Assembly (NCBI GenBank): GCA_965202585.1
Contig: OZ241827.1
Location: forward strand, 46,500,001-46,564,000
Source of the DNA: Thalia democratica
Taxonomy: Eukaryota
DNA length: 64,000 bases
Reading direction: 5' to 3'
The translations under genes were made by a program, and so were the position numbers. The notes beneath the pieces were generated by a model. That model was not told where the DNA came from. It did no database searches and saw nothing but the letters and a program-made list of their open reading frames with translations. Below are positions 1-10,820 of the stretch, one piece after another; the first letter of the stretch is position 1; every line of letters starts with the position of its first letter.

Positions 1-808
1 CCTTCCAAGAAGATGCTTCTAATTCATCACACTGAACTGTTTTTTTCTTTATTCCATTATGGAAGTATGAATCGGGAACATTAGCTTTAGCAAAGGATAA
101 CTGAGACTTATTAGGATTATTTTGTCTATTTTTAAATAAATTTTTTAAATAATGTCTGGTTTTACTTAATTTATTTTGAACTACTTTGTTAACAAATACA
201 TATGCCATGTGTTTAGGCATTCCTTCATTTGTTGCTAAACATTCACCATAATCGAAAGCCTTTAAAAAACTATCAGTTAAATAAACTCCGGGACCAAAAA
301 TACCAGATCCTGACGGTCTGAATCCTTCTTTCAAAATCTCTTCAACATTTTTGCTATTAGTTCCATGGAGTAAAAGTAAAGTTGAATCTTTCGAATCTTC
401 GGATTCTATCAAAACATTGTTATTAAGTGTAACTCTAAATATTTTGAACACAACACTTTTATCTTTAGACTGTTCGTACTTTCTTCCAAGACGGTCTGTG
501 AATACATCTGGTAAACAATCTAAACCAGCCGAATCTTTTAAAATCTTATAATCCGGATCCTCAACTCCCAATGGTTCAATTTTGTGCTTAAAATTTGAGT
601 TAAACCTTTCAAAGAAAAACGTTTTATGTTCAAATAACTCATTTGCTTCTTTAACAAACTTTTCTTTAGTTTTGTCCAACTCTTTACTTATAAGCTCAAT
701 TTCTTTGGTTGTTCTGTCCTTTTCGTTTTTGCAAAGATTGCGCAGTATGTCTTGAGGACCAGAATACTTTTTAATAAACTCGTCTAACTTTTGTTGACTT
801 GAATACAT
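1..808 (-). CDS. PARP-family (ART) ADP-ribosyltransferase catalytic-domain protein, 3' end outside the window
   Basis: Manual translation from ATG at 808 gives 269 codons with no stop before the window edge, which is probably why the ORF track omits it: MYSSQQKLDEFIKKY...LLLLHGTNSKNVEEILKEGFRPSGSGIFGPGVYLTDSFLKAFDYG... HGT (367-359) and FGPGVY (298-281) match the PARP donor-site motifs (H and Y of the H-Y-E triad). In-frame TGA at 835-833; candidate acceptor TTTTTGAAG ending at 831. Confidence 0.85.
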   Translation of the reverse strand, partial: MYSSQQKLDEFIKKYSGPQDILRNLCKNEKDRTTKEIELISKELDKTKEKFVKEANELFEHKTFFFERFNSNFKHKIEPLGVEDPDYKILKDSAGLDCLPDVFTDRLGRKYEQSKDKSVVFKIFRVTLNNNVLIESEDSKDSTLLLLHGTNSKNVEEILKEGFRPSGSGIFGPGVYLTDSFLKAFDYGECLATNEGMPKHMAYVFVNKVVQNKLSKTRHYLKNLFKNRQNNPNKSQLSFAKANVPDSYFHNGIKKKTVQCDELEASSWK

Positions 809-2040
809 GTTTGACTTAACTTTAAATTTACTTCAAAAATAGTATTAAAAAAATAAATAACCGTTTACTTGTATAGTTCTATCTATGTCTTAAAATATTT
901 ATATCTAAGAAAATTATTACTAAAATAAATCTAAAAAACGTTTTTCTTAGTTTTGATTGAAATTTTATATCTATAATAATCTCAACATAAACTTTTTACA
1001 AAATTTTGTTTTATATTTTTTAGCTTAAAACTTTTAAGCCGTGTAATATTTCGAATAAATTTTCTACAGCCATAAGTTTTTAAATAATTCATTTTTATTC
1101 TGAATTAAAAGCCTTTATTTATAGCTTTCAAATAAACTATTAAAAAAGCTAAAAGATAGGTAAACTAAAACTATATAAAACTCATAGAAGTTTTCTCAAA
1201 GTAAATTTGTACCTAACATATATTATCAGATGTTGTCCCAAATTTTTATATAATATTAATTTATCAAAGAAACCATAATAAACATAATTTAGATGGGATA
1301 GTTTTACTTTTAAAAGCAATTACAAATACAAACAAAAAGCACACGACTTTTTACAATTTTTTTTTAATTTTTTTATATCATTATGACACAAATTAGAAAC
1401 AAAACACTAAATAAACTTGCACTAGAATAAATGATAAATTTATATTTTATACTGTGATTAAAAGTAGGTTATTTTTATTATAAATATTAAACACTTCATG
1501 TAAAACAAATTTAGCAGTTGAATAGTTAGTTATACTAAACACATTAAGATCATATATATTGTTTATGGAACGAGGAAATACGCTCAAAATAATCTGTCCT
1601 AGGACTTGGTGAATAAAAAAACCTGTTGCTTATCGAGTGGTAGTTCTATTGGATTTTTTTAACTGAGATGCCTTTTTTTTGCTTAGAAATTATTTTGGTT
1701 GAAAATTTTTAGAAACATAAAGTCATTGTATATTGCTTTATACTTTCAAAAATTTTTAACTGCAGCAAAAAAAAAGATGTAAAATTAAACTTAGTTGTAA
1801 TTATTATTGTTATTTTATATAAACCTATCTAATAACACTTTTTTATATTTATCAATGACGTTTTTTGACTGATTTCTTAAAGCCTGGGCATCCTTAAAAA
1901 AAAAAAGGTTAGATAAATCCTTTAAGCAGTTGTTTAATCACAAACTTTACGTATCTTCATAGATTTGATCGTTTATTTTGCAAAATTTTAAATATTAATG
2001 TTGTACTTATAAAATAACAAAATGGGTGATTTTATTTATA

Positions 2041-3019
2041 CGAGGGTTGCTTTGGCTCGAATACTTTTTTTAGATCCAATTATTTTCCTTATTTTTAAAG
2101 CTAACATTTTTTTCTAGAAAACGTTTCTTTGCTTTAAATTTTAAAAAATCCTTTGGATAGGGATTGGAATTAAGCAGTGGGCTCCCTTTAAAAATTTTAC
2201 TTGTTTTTTTAATTTTTTTACTTGTTTTAGCTATTCTCCAAAAATAAAATATTTGTTTCTTAACTTACTTAATAAACTAAACTTTTTATGGTGGGAATTA
2301 TTAATTTTTTAGAAATCCCCAAATAATTTTTTCAAAATATTTAAATTTATCATCGCTTTACTGCAAATTTATAATATTTTTCAAATAACTTTTATTTTTA
2401 ATATTCTTATTTAATAAAGTTTTATATAAAGGAAATATTAATTTTTCCATTTTTTTATTATATGACCTATGCAATTTTTAAATAAATTAACATAATTCGA
2501 GGGATTTCTGGCTCAATTGCTATGAATTTATGTAAAACTTGCTTAGGTCATATAATAAAAAAAACTTGAAAAGTTAACTTTTCTTTAAAAAAAATTTTAG
2601 TTAAATAATATATTGATAATAAAAATTCTTTGAAAAAAAATTTATTTTGCAGTTAAGCCATGATAAATTAAAATATTTTGGAAAATTTTATTTGGGGATA
2701 TGTTAAAAAAAATTTAAAGGAAAGAAATATATTTTCATCATAAAAAACTTAGTTTAATAAGGAAGTTAAAAAAAAATATATTTGGAGAAAAGCTGAAATA
2801 AATATAAAAATAAAATAAAAACCTTAAATTTTTAAACGGGCCCTTACTACTAAATTCAACCCAAATCCAATGTATTTTCTTTTAATTAAAGGCAAATGAG
2901 CGTTCCGTTGAATAAAATAAATCGAAATTAGATTTAAAGATAAAGGAAATAATTAAATCTAAAGTTTGGACATTTTTATTTAAATTGCAAAAAAGCTAAA
3001 CGAGCCAAAGTAACCCTCG
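2041..3019. mobile_element. Foldback / long-palindrome MITE with Tc1/mariner-like ends
   Basis: TA|CGAGGGTTGCTTTGGCTCG at 2039-2059 versus CGAGCCAAAGTAACCCTCG at 3001-3019 (reverse complement with 1 mismatch). Imperfect inverted homology continues to the centre, e.g. TTTTTATTATATGACCTA ~2452-2469 versus TAGGTCATATAATAAAAA ~2544-2561. Confidence 0.7.
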
Positions 3020-4684
3020 TGTTATTTATTTTTAAACTCCAACATTAGTGTTAGAGAATTTCGTTATTTTAAAAAAATTGTTTTGTATTTCTTTTGCTGC
3101 TAGCTTTGTTTTGAAAATTTTTAATTGATTAATGTTTGATTTACTGGTTGTTAACTGAATTAACCTATCAATTAATGTTATACAAACAATATTTACATGT
3201 TAAAATAAGATATATTTAATATTTAGAAAATCATAATAATCCGAAATTTTAAAATTGCTTTTAAACTTGAAAGCTCAAAGTGTTTGGCTCATAAAAGAGG
3301 TAAAAAAAAAACCCTAAATATCCTTGAAGGTAGTCCTTTTAACCTAGCTTGGGTAACAATAAAATTTACAAAACAAGACAGTTTTACCATTTGCTATTGC
3401 ACTACTAGCTGTCAGCTGAAAGAGACAAATAATCAAATTTAATAGTGGGATCATAATAAATTCATATTAAAAAATATCTTTTTGTAAAAGGAAACTATTT
3501 TTTACTGAGTTGCTTAGACTTTTCAATTAAAAATACTTACATAAGTAATAAATGACAACTATGCATTAATATTTGACAAGAAATTAAAATTTTTACCAAA
3601 AAGCAATCAATGCTTATTATTTAGGTTAAACTAGAATAAGTATCGGTAGAAAAAAATAACTTTAGTGAAAACTATGTTATCAAAACTGAAGTACCTTGAA
3701 AACATAAGATTTAAAGTCTAAAACCATTTTAGAAAAATGTTTAAATTTAATAATTAAATATCTGATTCTAGTAGTTGAAATGACATATTTAGTATTTGGT
3801 GAACTACAAAAGTCAAAAATCAAAAAAAAAGATATGGTTATAAATATTTAAACTTGTGCAGGGAATTAGTTTACTGCAACCAAACTTATTAGTTGTATAA
3901 TAAAATTAAGAAAATTAAGGATGAAATAAAAATCTTTTTTTTTCAAGTCACTAAGTGAACTTGAGCTAGAGTGTCTAAAATTGATCAGTTTCGAGTTAAA
4001 TTGCAATTTCTATTATGAAAATTAAGTAAAATGTACAAATTCATTTACTTATCAGGGTGGCCACAAAACCTCAAATCATGTAATTTTGTACTAAAATTGA
4101 GTAAAAAGCTAGAAATTTTTTTTAAATTTACTTTTTTACTAAATTTTATATAACAAAATTTCTACAATTTATCACTTTTTGACTTAAAAAGTATACTACA
4201 AGTTTTAAGTAGTAGTTGACAAATTATTAGTTAAATTAATACTTTGACTAATAAAACTTCCTTTTTCATATACTTCCATTGTTTTGACTGTAATGTAAAA
4301 TCAGACAAGAAGAACTTATTTCTGACTGATGCCACTTGATAGAATTTAGATTAAGAGAAAACTAAGAGAAAGAAAAAAATAGAGCAGAGCCAAAAAAATG
4401 GCTGATGCAATGTTTTATGCCCAATTTATCTATAGCTGCTGTAATAAGCTTTAACAACTTTTGTATTATTGTTGATTATTGAACGATAAAAAAAAGCTCA
4501 AAAAGTTTGGTGTAAAGACCTGGTGTACAAAGGAACCTTTTGGTTATCGAGTCGTACACCACAACATGTAGTATAACTTACAAGTCATTAGTTTGGACTA
4601 GTTTACTCAAAATACCTATATTAAGTAAAATTTAGTTAGGTAAAATGCTTTTATTTAACTATGGTCAATAGTTTGGATTTAGAC

Positions 4685-4921
4685 CAGGGTTTCCAAAACT
4701 TTGTTTTCAAGTAGTCTTTTTAAAGAAATTAAAAAAGCTATGGCCGCATCATCTTCAAAATATCTAGTATAAGTTTAAATACACTTAGAACTTTTTATTT
4801 TGCTCATTATCATCGACTCGAGTATGTCTAGTGTAAGTTTAAAGTTATGACCTTATGGTCCCCTCCTGTGGCCACTTTGCTGCTCATGGCCTCCTATATT
4901 TCTGTCATGGCACAAACCCTG
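4685..4921. mobile_element. hAT-type MITE (237 bp)
   Basis: TIR CAGGGTTT...AAACCCTG flanked by a perfect 8-bp TSD ATTTAGAC (4677-4684 and 4922-4929). Confidence 0.85.
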
Positions 4922-6734
4922 ATTTAGACTACTATAAATTGATAAAAACTTTTTCTAAACTTAAATAATCTAATATCTTTTTGTGGTTATAAGACTTTTT
5001 GATTAAGTTTTTTTGTTACTTTTTTATGATTATTTTAAATTTTTAGCTTTATGACATCTATACATTATACACTTTAGGCTTGGTTGTTTTCTTTTTCATA
5101 AATTTTACTAGGTGAGCCAATCACTGTAAATTAACAAAATATACATCACAAGTTTATCCAAGATAAATTAAAATGATTTTTATATTTAGCAGGGTTATTT
5201 TTGAATACAAGGATTTGAAGAATCATATGAGTAGAACTTTGACAAAATTAATTGAAGATAATAGTATACAGGTTGCAATAGAATAAAATAAAGATTAAGT
5301 TTTAGTAATAATGTTTCGTAAGTAGTTTAAATCTAACATAAAAAACTTTTCAATTTAAATATAATTTTACTACTAAAAATGGTCAAAAAAGATGGACCTT
5401 CAAAAACCTGGATAAAACTCGCCAAGAATCAGTGGCCACCTAGACTTATGCTAGCATTTTCATTTGAAAAATTTATGCACTTCAATATCAGTTTTCATTT
5501 ACAAAAGGCTCACAAAAAATTTAATCTAAATTACACTGACTGTAAGAAGAGTGTAAAAAATGTAGTGTACAACCACACTAAAAACCATAAATAAATTAAA
5601 CCTAAGCTATACTAATACTAACATTAAATAATCCTCAAGTCTACTCTACATAAAACTAGGCATGACAATGAATCACTGAAAACATTAAGAAATATAATGA
5701 CCATAAAAAATATAAAAAACATTATGTTTTAGAAATTATTTTGATGTTTTTTAAACCTTTAACAACTGTTCAAAACTAAAGGAATTATATTTTGAGAATG
5801 TTTAAATTAAATTGAGCATTAACTGCTTGAAATTAAACTATGAGAAGAACATTCTTTGACAAAAAACTTAACACAAATTAATATAAATATCTATTCTTGA
5901 ATTACATGTTTACCGCAGCAAACCAAAAAGCCAAAATCTCCTCACAACTCTCTGTGGCTAATCTATATAACTCCGTTCTCAATTTTATTCAACATTTGAC
6001 AGAAATTTAATTTTTTATCTGCTCTTTATTTTCTCTTTATATTAGCTGTACTAAAACTGAATCAGTGCTTTTATCCGTTTCTTTCTGGGATTTCTCCTTA
6101 GAAACAAAACAGTTTTGAAAGCAATTTGATGTACTGTTACACTTTCTCTCCTTCCAACTTGAAGGCAATCTTCACTCTACTCCTCCTCTGCCTTTTTGTT
6201 GGAAAACAAACATTACCCTTCCTTCTAAAACAACAAAAAAGTAAAACATATAAAAAATTAATTGGTCTTAAATCTATTATTGTTTGTTTTTAAGTATTAA
6301 GGAAAATTAAAAAAAAACTAAACAGTTTTTAACAAATGGTATATTAGTTCTAGAAATTTGTTTATTTGATATTCAAAAAAAAATTGTGTTTATCAGAACT
6401 TAAACAATACTTTTTAACTTCAAAAATAATATTATGCATTACAACCTACAATAAAGAATGCAGCATTTGAAAACAAAATAAACCACTCAAATGTCATGTC
6501 TATACCCTATGATAAAATTTTCTAAAAATTTCAGCATGTTACTAGTCTTAACTGTCTTAGTAACAAATAATATTTTCTTTCTCTATTATACTATTCAAAT
6601 TTAAGAGCCTTACATAAATTTAGTATGACTTTGATTTAAAACTGGTTACCCCTTTTTATGTCTTATTTGTTCTCATATATTGTCAATACTCTTGTGAGTT
6701 ATTTTAACTTTAATTTTGTCAATTCTATTTTAAT

Positions 6735-6900
6735 TTTGTGGATTAAAAATTTAAAAGTTCTAATTTATCTTTGTGGACTTTAAATTTACTAGTTCTATTT
6801 TGACTGGTGGGCAAAAATGTTGTGGGTTCTACCTTGACTTAGTGGACTTAAAGTTTTTCAGTTCTATTTTGAATTTGTAGACTTAAATTTTGTCACCATT
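6735..6900. repeat. Degenerate ~33-34-bp minisatellite
   Basis: About 5 diverged copies of GTGGACTTAAA.TTT..AGTTCTATTTTGA(C/A)TT; boundaries approximate. Confidence 0.5.
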
Positions 6901-7471
6901 TTCTGTGACTTAACCCTTATAAACTTTGTTCAATATGACCCTCTATTGCCTGTGAGTTTTTCATAACCCCCTATTCTTAGTGGTTTAGGTTAAATCTCAA
7001 GGGCTTTTAAATGGGGCAGAAAGGAGAAGCAAGTTTTTCTTTTTGAAAATTAATTGCAAGATTTAATGTAAAATTTCTTTAAATCTACAGTTTAATAAAA
7101 TGTACTATGAAGTTAAAATGACAAAAATATAAAATGTGAGATATAAGTGTGATAGATGCTGCCTTAAAAATAAAAGGTAACATACAAATGAAGTCTGTTA
7201 GAGTAAAATACTATCTTGCTCTTATTTAACTGTTATCTAAATGACTAATGATTTTTTACCTGGAGGACGCCATGTAAAGTTATAATGCAGTGTACAACCA
7301 CACTAATAAGCATAATTAGATTATGTGTAAACAAATATAAATGCATAATATATATATGTATATATATATATATATATAGAATTAAGTTATTTAACTTAAT
7401 AAATTAAATTTTTCACACTGAGCCCACCTTGAGGGCTTTGTTAATAAAAAGGTTTATTTAAAGATGCAAAA

Positions 7472-7516
7472 CTCGAAGAACTCAAGTTTCGTGATTACTC
7501 ACTCATCAGCTTCAAA
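7472..7516 (-). ncRNA. Minimal type I hammerhead ribozyme (mirror copy in left arm)
   Basis: Exact reverse complement of 10776-10820. Confidence 0.85.
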
Positions 7517-7772
7517 ACAAGTTTAAAATAAAGCACAAAACAAAATCACTAATGAAGGTAAAAAATTTTTTGCATAAATAGATTATGACGTAATTTTGAA
7601 ACTATCAAAAATCGTGCAAAACGGCTTGTGCAAAAACTAATCTACCAACAGACAATAAACTAGCGAAAATTCATATAACTTCAGTGAGTAACTACATATT
7701 AGGACAGATAATTGGAAGAGATAAGGATAAAATTAAGATGCAAATTGAAATTTAGGTTATTTTAAGATGAAA

Positions 7773-8177
7773 TTAAAACTTGTTAAACTTTAAAAGCGAC
7801 TTTTTTATATGTCTACAAGACGATACAAACTCGCTTCTTTTGTTCAAACATCTTTTGTCTTTCAGTGCATATACAACGGCTGATGCTTCTTTGAGACACA
7901 GCCTACATATCGGGCTATTGCCGTCGGCTATAGGCTGTGCTCTTTTTATAACTTCCCAGGATATTTCGTAGTCAATGCCGCTGCGCTTTAAGCCACAAAC
8001 ATACTTCGAAAGTTCAGTGTCATTTTCATATATGCCGCCTTTAAAAGATTTTTTATGATTGGCATACCTGAATCTAAACTGAGTCGAGCACAAGCCGACA
8101 TAGAACCTCGTCTCAACGCCAGAGTTAACTGTGGCCTTGTAGACGATGTTCTCTGAACGGCAATTACCCCCTTTCAA
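7773..8177 (-). CDS. PLE GIY-YIG endonuclease, left (mirror) arm
   Basis: Protein identical to 10115..10519. Confidence 0.85.
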   Translation of the reverse strand: MKGGNCRSENIVYKATVNSGVETRFYVGLCSTQFRFRYANHKKSFKGGIYENDTELSKYVCGLKRSGIDYEISWEVIKRAQPIADGNSPICRLCLKEASAVVYALKDKRCLNKRSEFVSSCRHIKKSLLKFNKF

Positions 8178-8190
8178 ATTATATTTACAG

Positions 8191-9114
8191 CTACCAGCGC
8201 AGCCGCATTGACTCCGAATTCCTGAGTTTTGATTTAAAATTTTTTTTTTGGTTGTGTGCCTTAATGATATTCTCTAAATTTGCCGTACACGAATAACTTA
8301 TTCGCATATTATGTTTGTTGAAGATTTTAGTTAGCGGATTTTGTTTATTGAAGTGTTTCTTGACTAGATTTATAAATTTTCTTCCAATATTAGTTTTTAC
8401 AGAATTGCTAAAAGGAGGGTTATACCAGATTACATTTCTTTTTCTTTTGTGTTTTTGATTATTAGGTTGTTGCTCAGGTTTTTCGAATTTAAGTTTGTTG
8501 TCGTATACGCATTTTTTCATTATTTTTTCATATTCATCTTTAGTCTTTAAAAAATTTTCTTCTTTGCTTGATCGTTTATTTAGGCGTTGATTTATTATGT
8601 TAGGAATGTGTTTTATAATGTTTTTAGGGTGGCTTGATTGTTTGTTGACATACATAATTTTAGCGTTTTGTTTCCTGTAAGGCATAAAAGAGATATCATT
8701 TAAGTTGAGCTTCACATCTAGGAAGTCAGTTATCACTAGTGGAGATTCCACAGTGACTCTCAACCCCATAGATTTGAAGAAGGCATGGGTTTGTTTTTTT
8801 AGCTTCTCAACTTTAAAGCCAGAAGAGTTGGGCAATACAGCTAGACCATCGTCTCTGTATAGCCCAACTCTATTTAAACCAAAGATATCTTTTAACCCGT
8901 CTAACAAGAAAAGTCCAACAAGTTCGCATAGTTCTGCGCCCATGTAAGACCCCTGTGCTACGTCAAAAAGTGAGTTGGTGGTATTTACTCCCTTCCTACG
9001 CCACAGAGCTCCTTGTTCGCAGAGTACCGATTTGCAGGCATTTCTTATCAGACTTAAGTCCTCGGCAGGTACGCTAATGTAATTATTAGCAAAGTTCAGT
9101 GATTTAATCACCAA
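8191..9114 (-). CDS. PLE reverse transcriptase, left (mirror) arm
   Basis: Identical to the right-arm protein except Q>H (NIIKHIPN) and G>V (KKCVYDN). Confidence 0.85.
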   Translation of the reverse strand: MVIKSLNFANNYISVPAEDLSLIRNACKSVLCEQGALWRRKGVNTTNSLFDVAQGSYMGAELCELVGLFLLDGLKDIFGLNRVGLYRDDGLAVLPNSSGFKVEKLKKQTHAFFKSMGLRVTVESPLVITDFLDVKLNLNDISFMPYRKQNAKIMYVNKQSSHPKNIIKHIPNIINQRLNKRSSKEENFLKTKDEYEKIMKKCVYDNKLKFEKPEQQPNNQKHKRKRNVIWYNPPFSNSVKTNIGRKFINLVKKHFNKQNPLTKIFNKHNMRISYSCTANLENIIKAHNQKKNFKSKLRNSESMRLRW

Positions 9115-9144
9115 CTCTTCACTAATAGCTTTTTTAAGTTCGAT

Positions 9145-10101
9145 GTGGTCGATTATTATCCTTCTATTAGTGAAGAGTTGGTGATTAAATCACTGAACTT
9201 TGCTAATAATTACATTAGCGTACCTGCCGAGGACTTAAGTCTGATAAGAAATGCCTGCAAATCGGTACTCTGCGAACAAGGAGCTCTGTGGCGTAGGAAG
9301 GGAGTAAATACCACCAACTCACTTTTTGACGTAGCACAGGGGTCTTACATGGGCGCAGAACTATGCGAACTTGTTGGACTTTTCTTGTTAGACGGGTTAA
9401 AAGATATCTTTGGTTTAAATAGAGTTGGGCTATACAGAGACGATGGTCTAGCTGTATTGCCCAACTCTTCTGGCTTTAAAGTTGAGAAGCTAAAAAAACA
9501 AACCCATGCCTTCTTCAAATCTATGGGGTTGAGAGTCACTGTGGAATCTCCACTAGTGATAACTGACTTCCTAGATGTGAAGCTCAACTTAAATGATATC
9601 TCTTTTATGCCTTACAGGAAACAAAACGCTAAAATTATGTATGTCAACAAACAATCAAGCCACCCTAAAAACATTATAAAACAAATTCCTAACATAATAA
9701 ATCAACGCCTAAATAAACGATCAAGCAAAGAAGAAAATTTTTTAAAGACTAAAGATGAATATGAAAAAATAATGAAAAAATGCGGATACGACAACAAACT
9801 TAAATTCGAAAAACCTGAGCAACAACCTAATAATCAAAAACACAAAAGAAAAAGAAATGTAATCTGGTATAACCCTCCTTTTAGCAATTCTGTAAAAACT
9901 AATATTGGAAGAAAATTTATAAATCTAGTCAAGAAACACTTCAATAAACAAAATCCGCTAACTAAAATCTTCAACAAACATAATATGCGAATAAGTTATT
10001 CGTGTACGGCAAATTTAGAGAATATCATTAAGGCACACAACCAAAAAAAAAATTTTAAATCAAAACTCAGGAATTCGGAGTCAATGCGGCTGCGCTGGTA
10101 G
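9145..10101 (+). CDS. PLE reverse transcriptase, 5'-truncated at motif A; frameshifted at A10 run (10043-10052)
   Basis: ORF track 318 aa with YYPSI, QGSYMG, YRDD and FLDV motifs; the frame extends upstream to TNSFFKFD (9121-9144). Confidence 0.85.
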   Translation: MVDYYPSISEELVIKSLNFANNYISVPAEDLSLIRNACKSVLCEQGALWRRKGVNTTNSLFDVAQGSYMGAELCELVGLFLLDGLKDIFGLNRVGLYRDDGLAVLPNSSGFKVEKLKKQTHAFFKSMGLRVTVESPLVITDFLDVKLNLNDISFMPYRKQNAKIMYVNKQSSHPKNIIKQIPNIINQRLNKRSSKEENFLKTKDEYEKIMKKCGYDNKLKFEKPEQQPNNQKHKRKRNVIWYNPPFSNSVKTNIGRKFINLVKKHFNKQNPLTKIFNKHNMRISYSCTANLENIIKAHNQKKNFKSKLRNSESMRLRW

Positions 10102-10114
10102 CTGTAAATATAAT

Positions 10115-10519
10115 TTGAAAGGGGGTAATTGCCGTTCAGAGAACATCGTCTACAAGGCCACAGTTAACTCTGGCGTTGAGACGAGGTTCTATGTCGGCTT
10201 GTGCTCGACTCAGTTTAGATTCAGGTATGCCAATCATAAAAAATCTTTTAAAGGCGGCATATATGAAAATGACACTGAACTTTCGAAGTATGTTTGTGGC
10301 TTAAAGCGCAGCGGCATTGACTACGAAATATCCTGGGAAGTTATAAAAAGAGCACAGCCTATAGCCGACGGCAATAGCCCGATATGTAGGCTGTGTCTCA
10401 AAGAAGCATCAGCCGTTGTATATGCACTGAAAGACAAAAGATGTTTGAACAAAAGAAGCGAGTTTGTATCGTCTTGTAGACATATAAAAAAGTCGCTTTT
10501 AAAGTTTAACAAGTTTTAA
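10115..10519 (+). CDS. PLE GIY-YIG endonuclease domain (C-terminal part of the same, frameshifted ORF)
   Basis: Removing one A from the A10 run joins RT to HNQKKILNQNSGIRSQCGCAGSCKYNLKGGNCRSENIVYKA..., a Cys-rich linker followed by GIY-YIG, ending CRHIKKSLLKFNKF*. Confidence 0.85.
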   Translation: MKGGNCRSENIVYKATVNSGVETRFYVGLCSTQFRFRYANHKKSFKGGIYENDTELSKYVCGLKRSGIDYEISWEVIKRAQPIADGNSPICRLCLKEASAVVYALKDKRCLNKRSEFVSSCRHIKKSLLKFNKF

Positions 10520-10775
10520 TTTCATCTTAAAATAACCTAAATTTCAATTTGCATCTTAATTTTATCCTTATCTCTTCCAATTATCTGTCCTAATATGTAG
10601 TTACTCACTGAAGTTATATGAATTTTCGCTAGTTTATTGTCTGTTGGTAGATTAGTTTTTGCACAAGCCGTTTTGCACGATTTTTGATAGTTTCAAAATT
10701 ACGTCATAATCTATTTATGCAAAAAATTTTTTACCTTCATTAGTGATTTTGTTTTGTGCTTTATTTTAAACTTGT

Positions 10776-10820
10776 TTTGAAGCTGATGAGTGAGTAATCA
10801 CGAAACTTGAGTTCTTCGAG
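10776..10820 (+). ncRNA. Minimal type I hammerhead ribozyme in PLE 3' UTR/pLTR
   Basis: UUUGAAG [stem I] CUGAUGA GUGA-guaa-UCAC [stem II] GAAA C-uuga-G U U | CUUCGAG [stem I']. Full catalytic core; predicted cut after 10813 (GUU). Stem III region AACUUGAGUU is self-complementary with G-U pairs. Confidence 0.85.

Noticed and set aside
351-551. Plus-strand 66-aa ORF
   Set aside because: It is the antisense shadow of the PARP-like CDS.
10043-10052. Programmed ribosomal frameshift at the A10 run between RT and endonuclease
   Set aside because: Joining needs a +1 shift, not the canonical -1 slip, and PLEs normally have one ORF. Homopolymer slippage or sequencing error is simpler.
7780-10512. Short ORFs 7780..7971, 8705..8947, 9345..9587 and 10321..10512
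   Set aside because: These are antisense shadows of the PLE RT/EN frames, duplicated by the palindrome.
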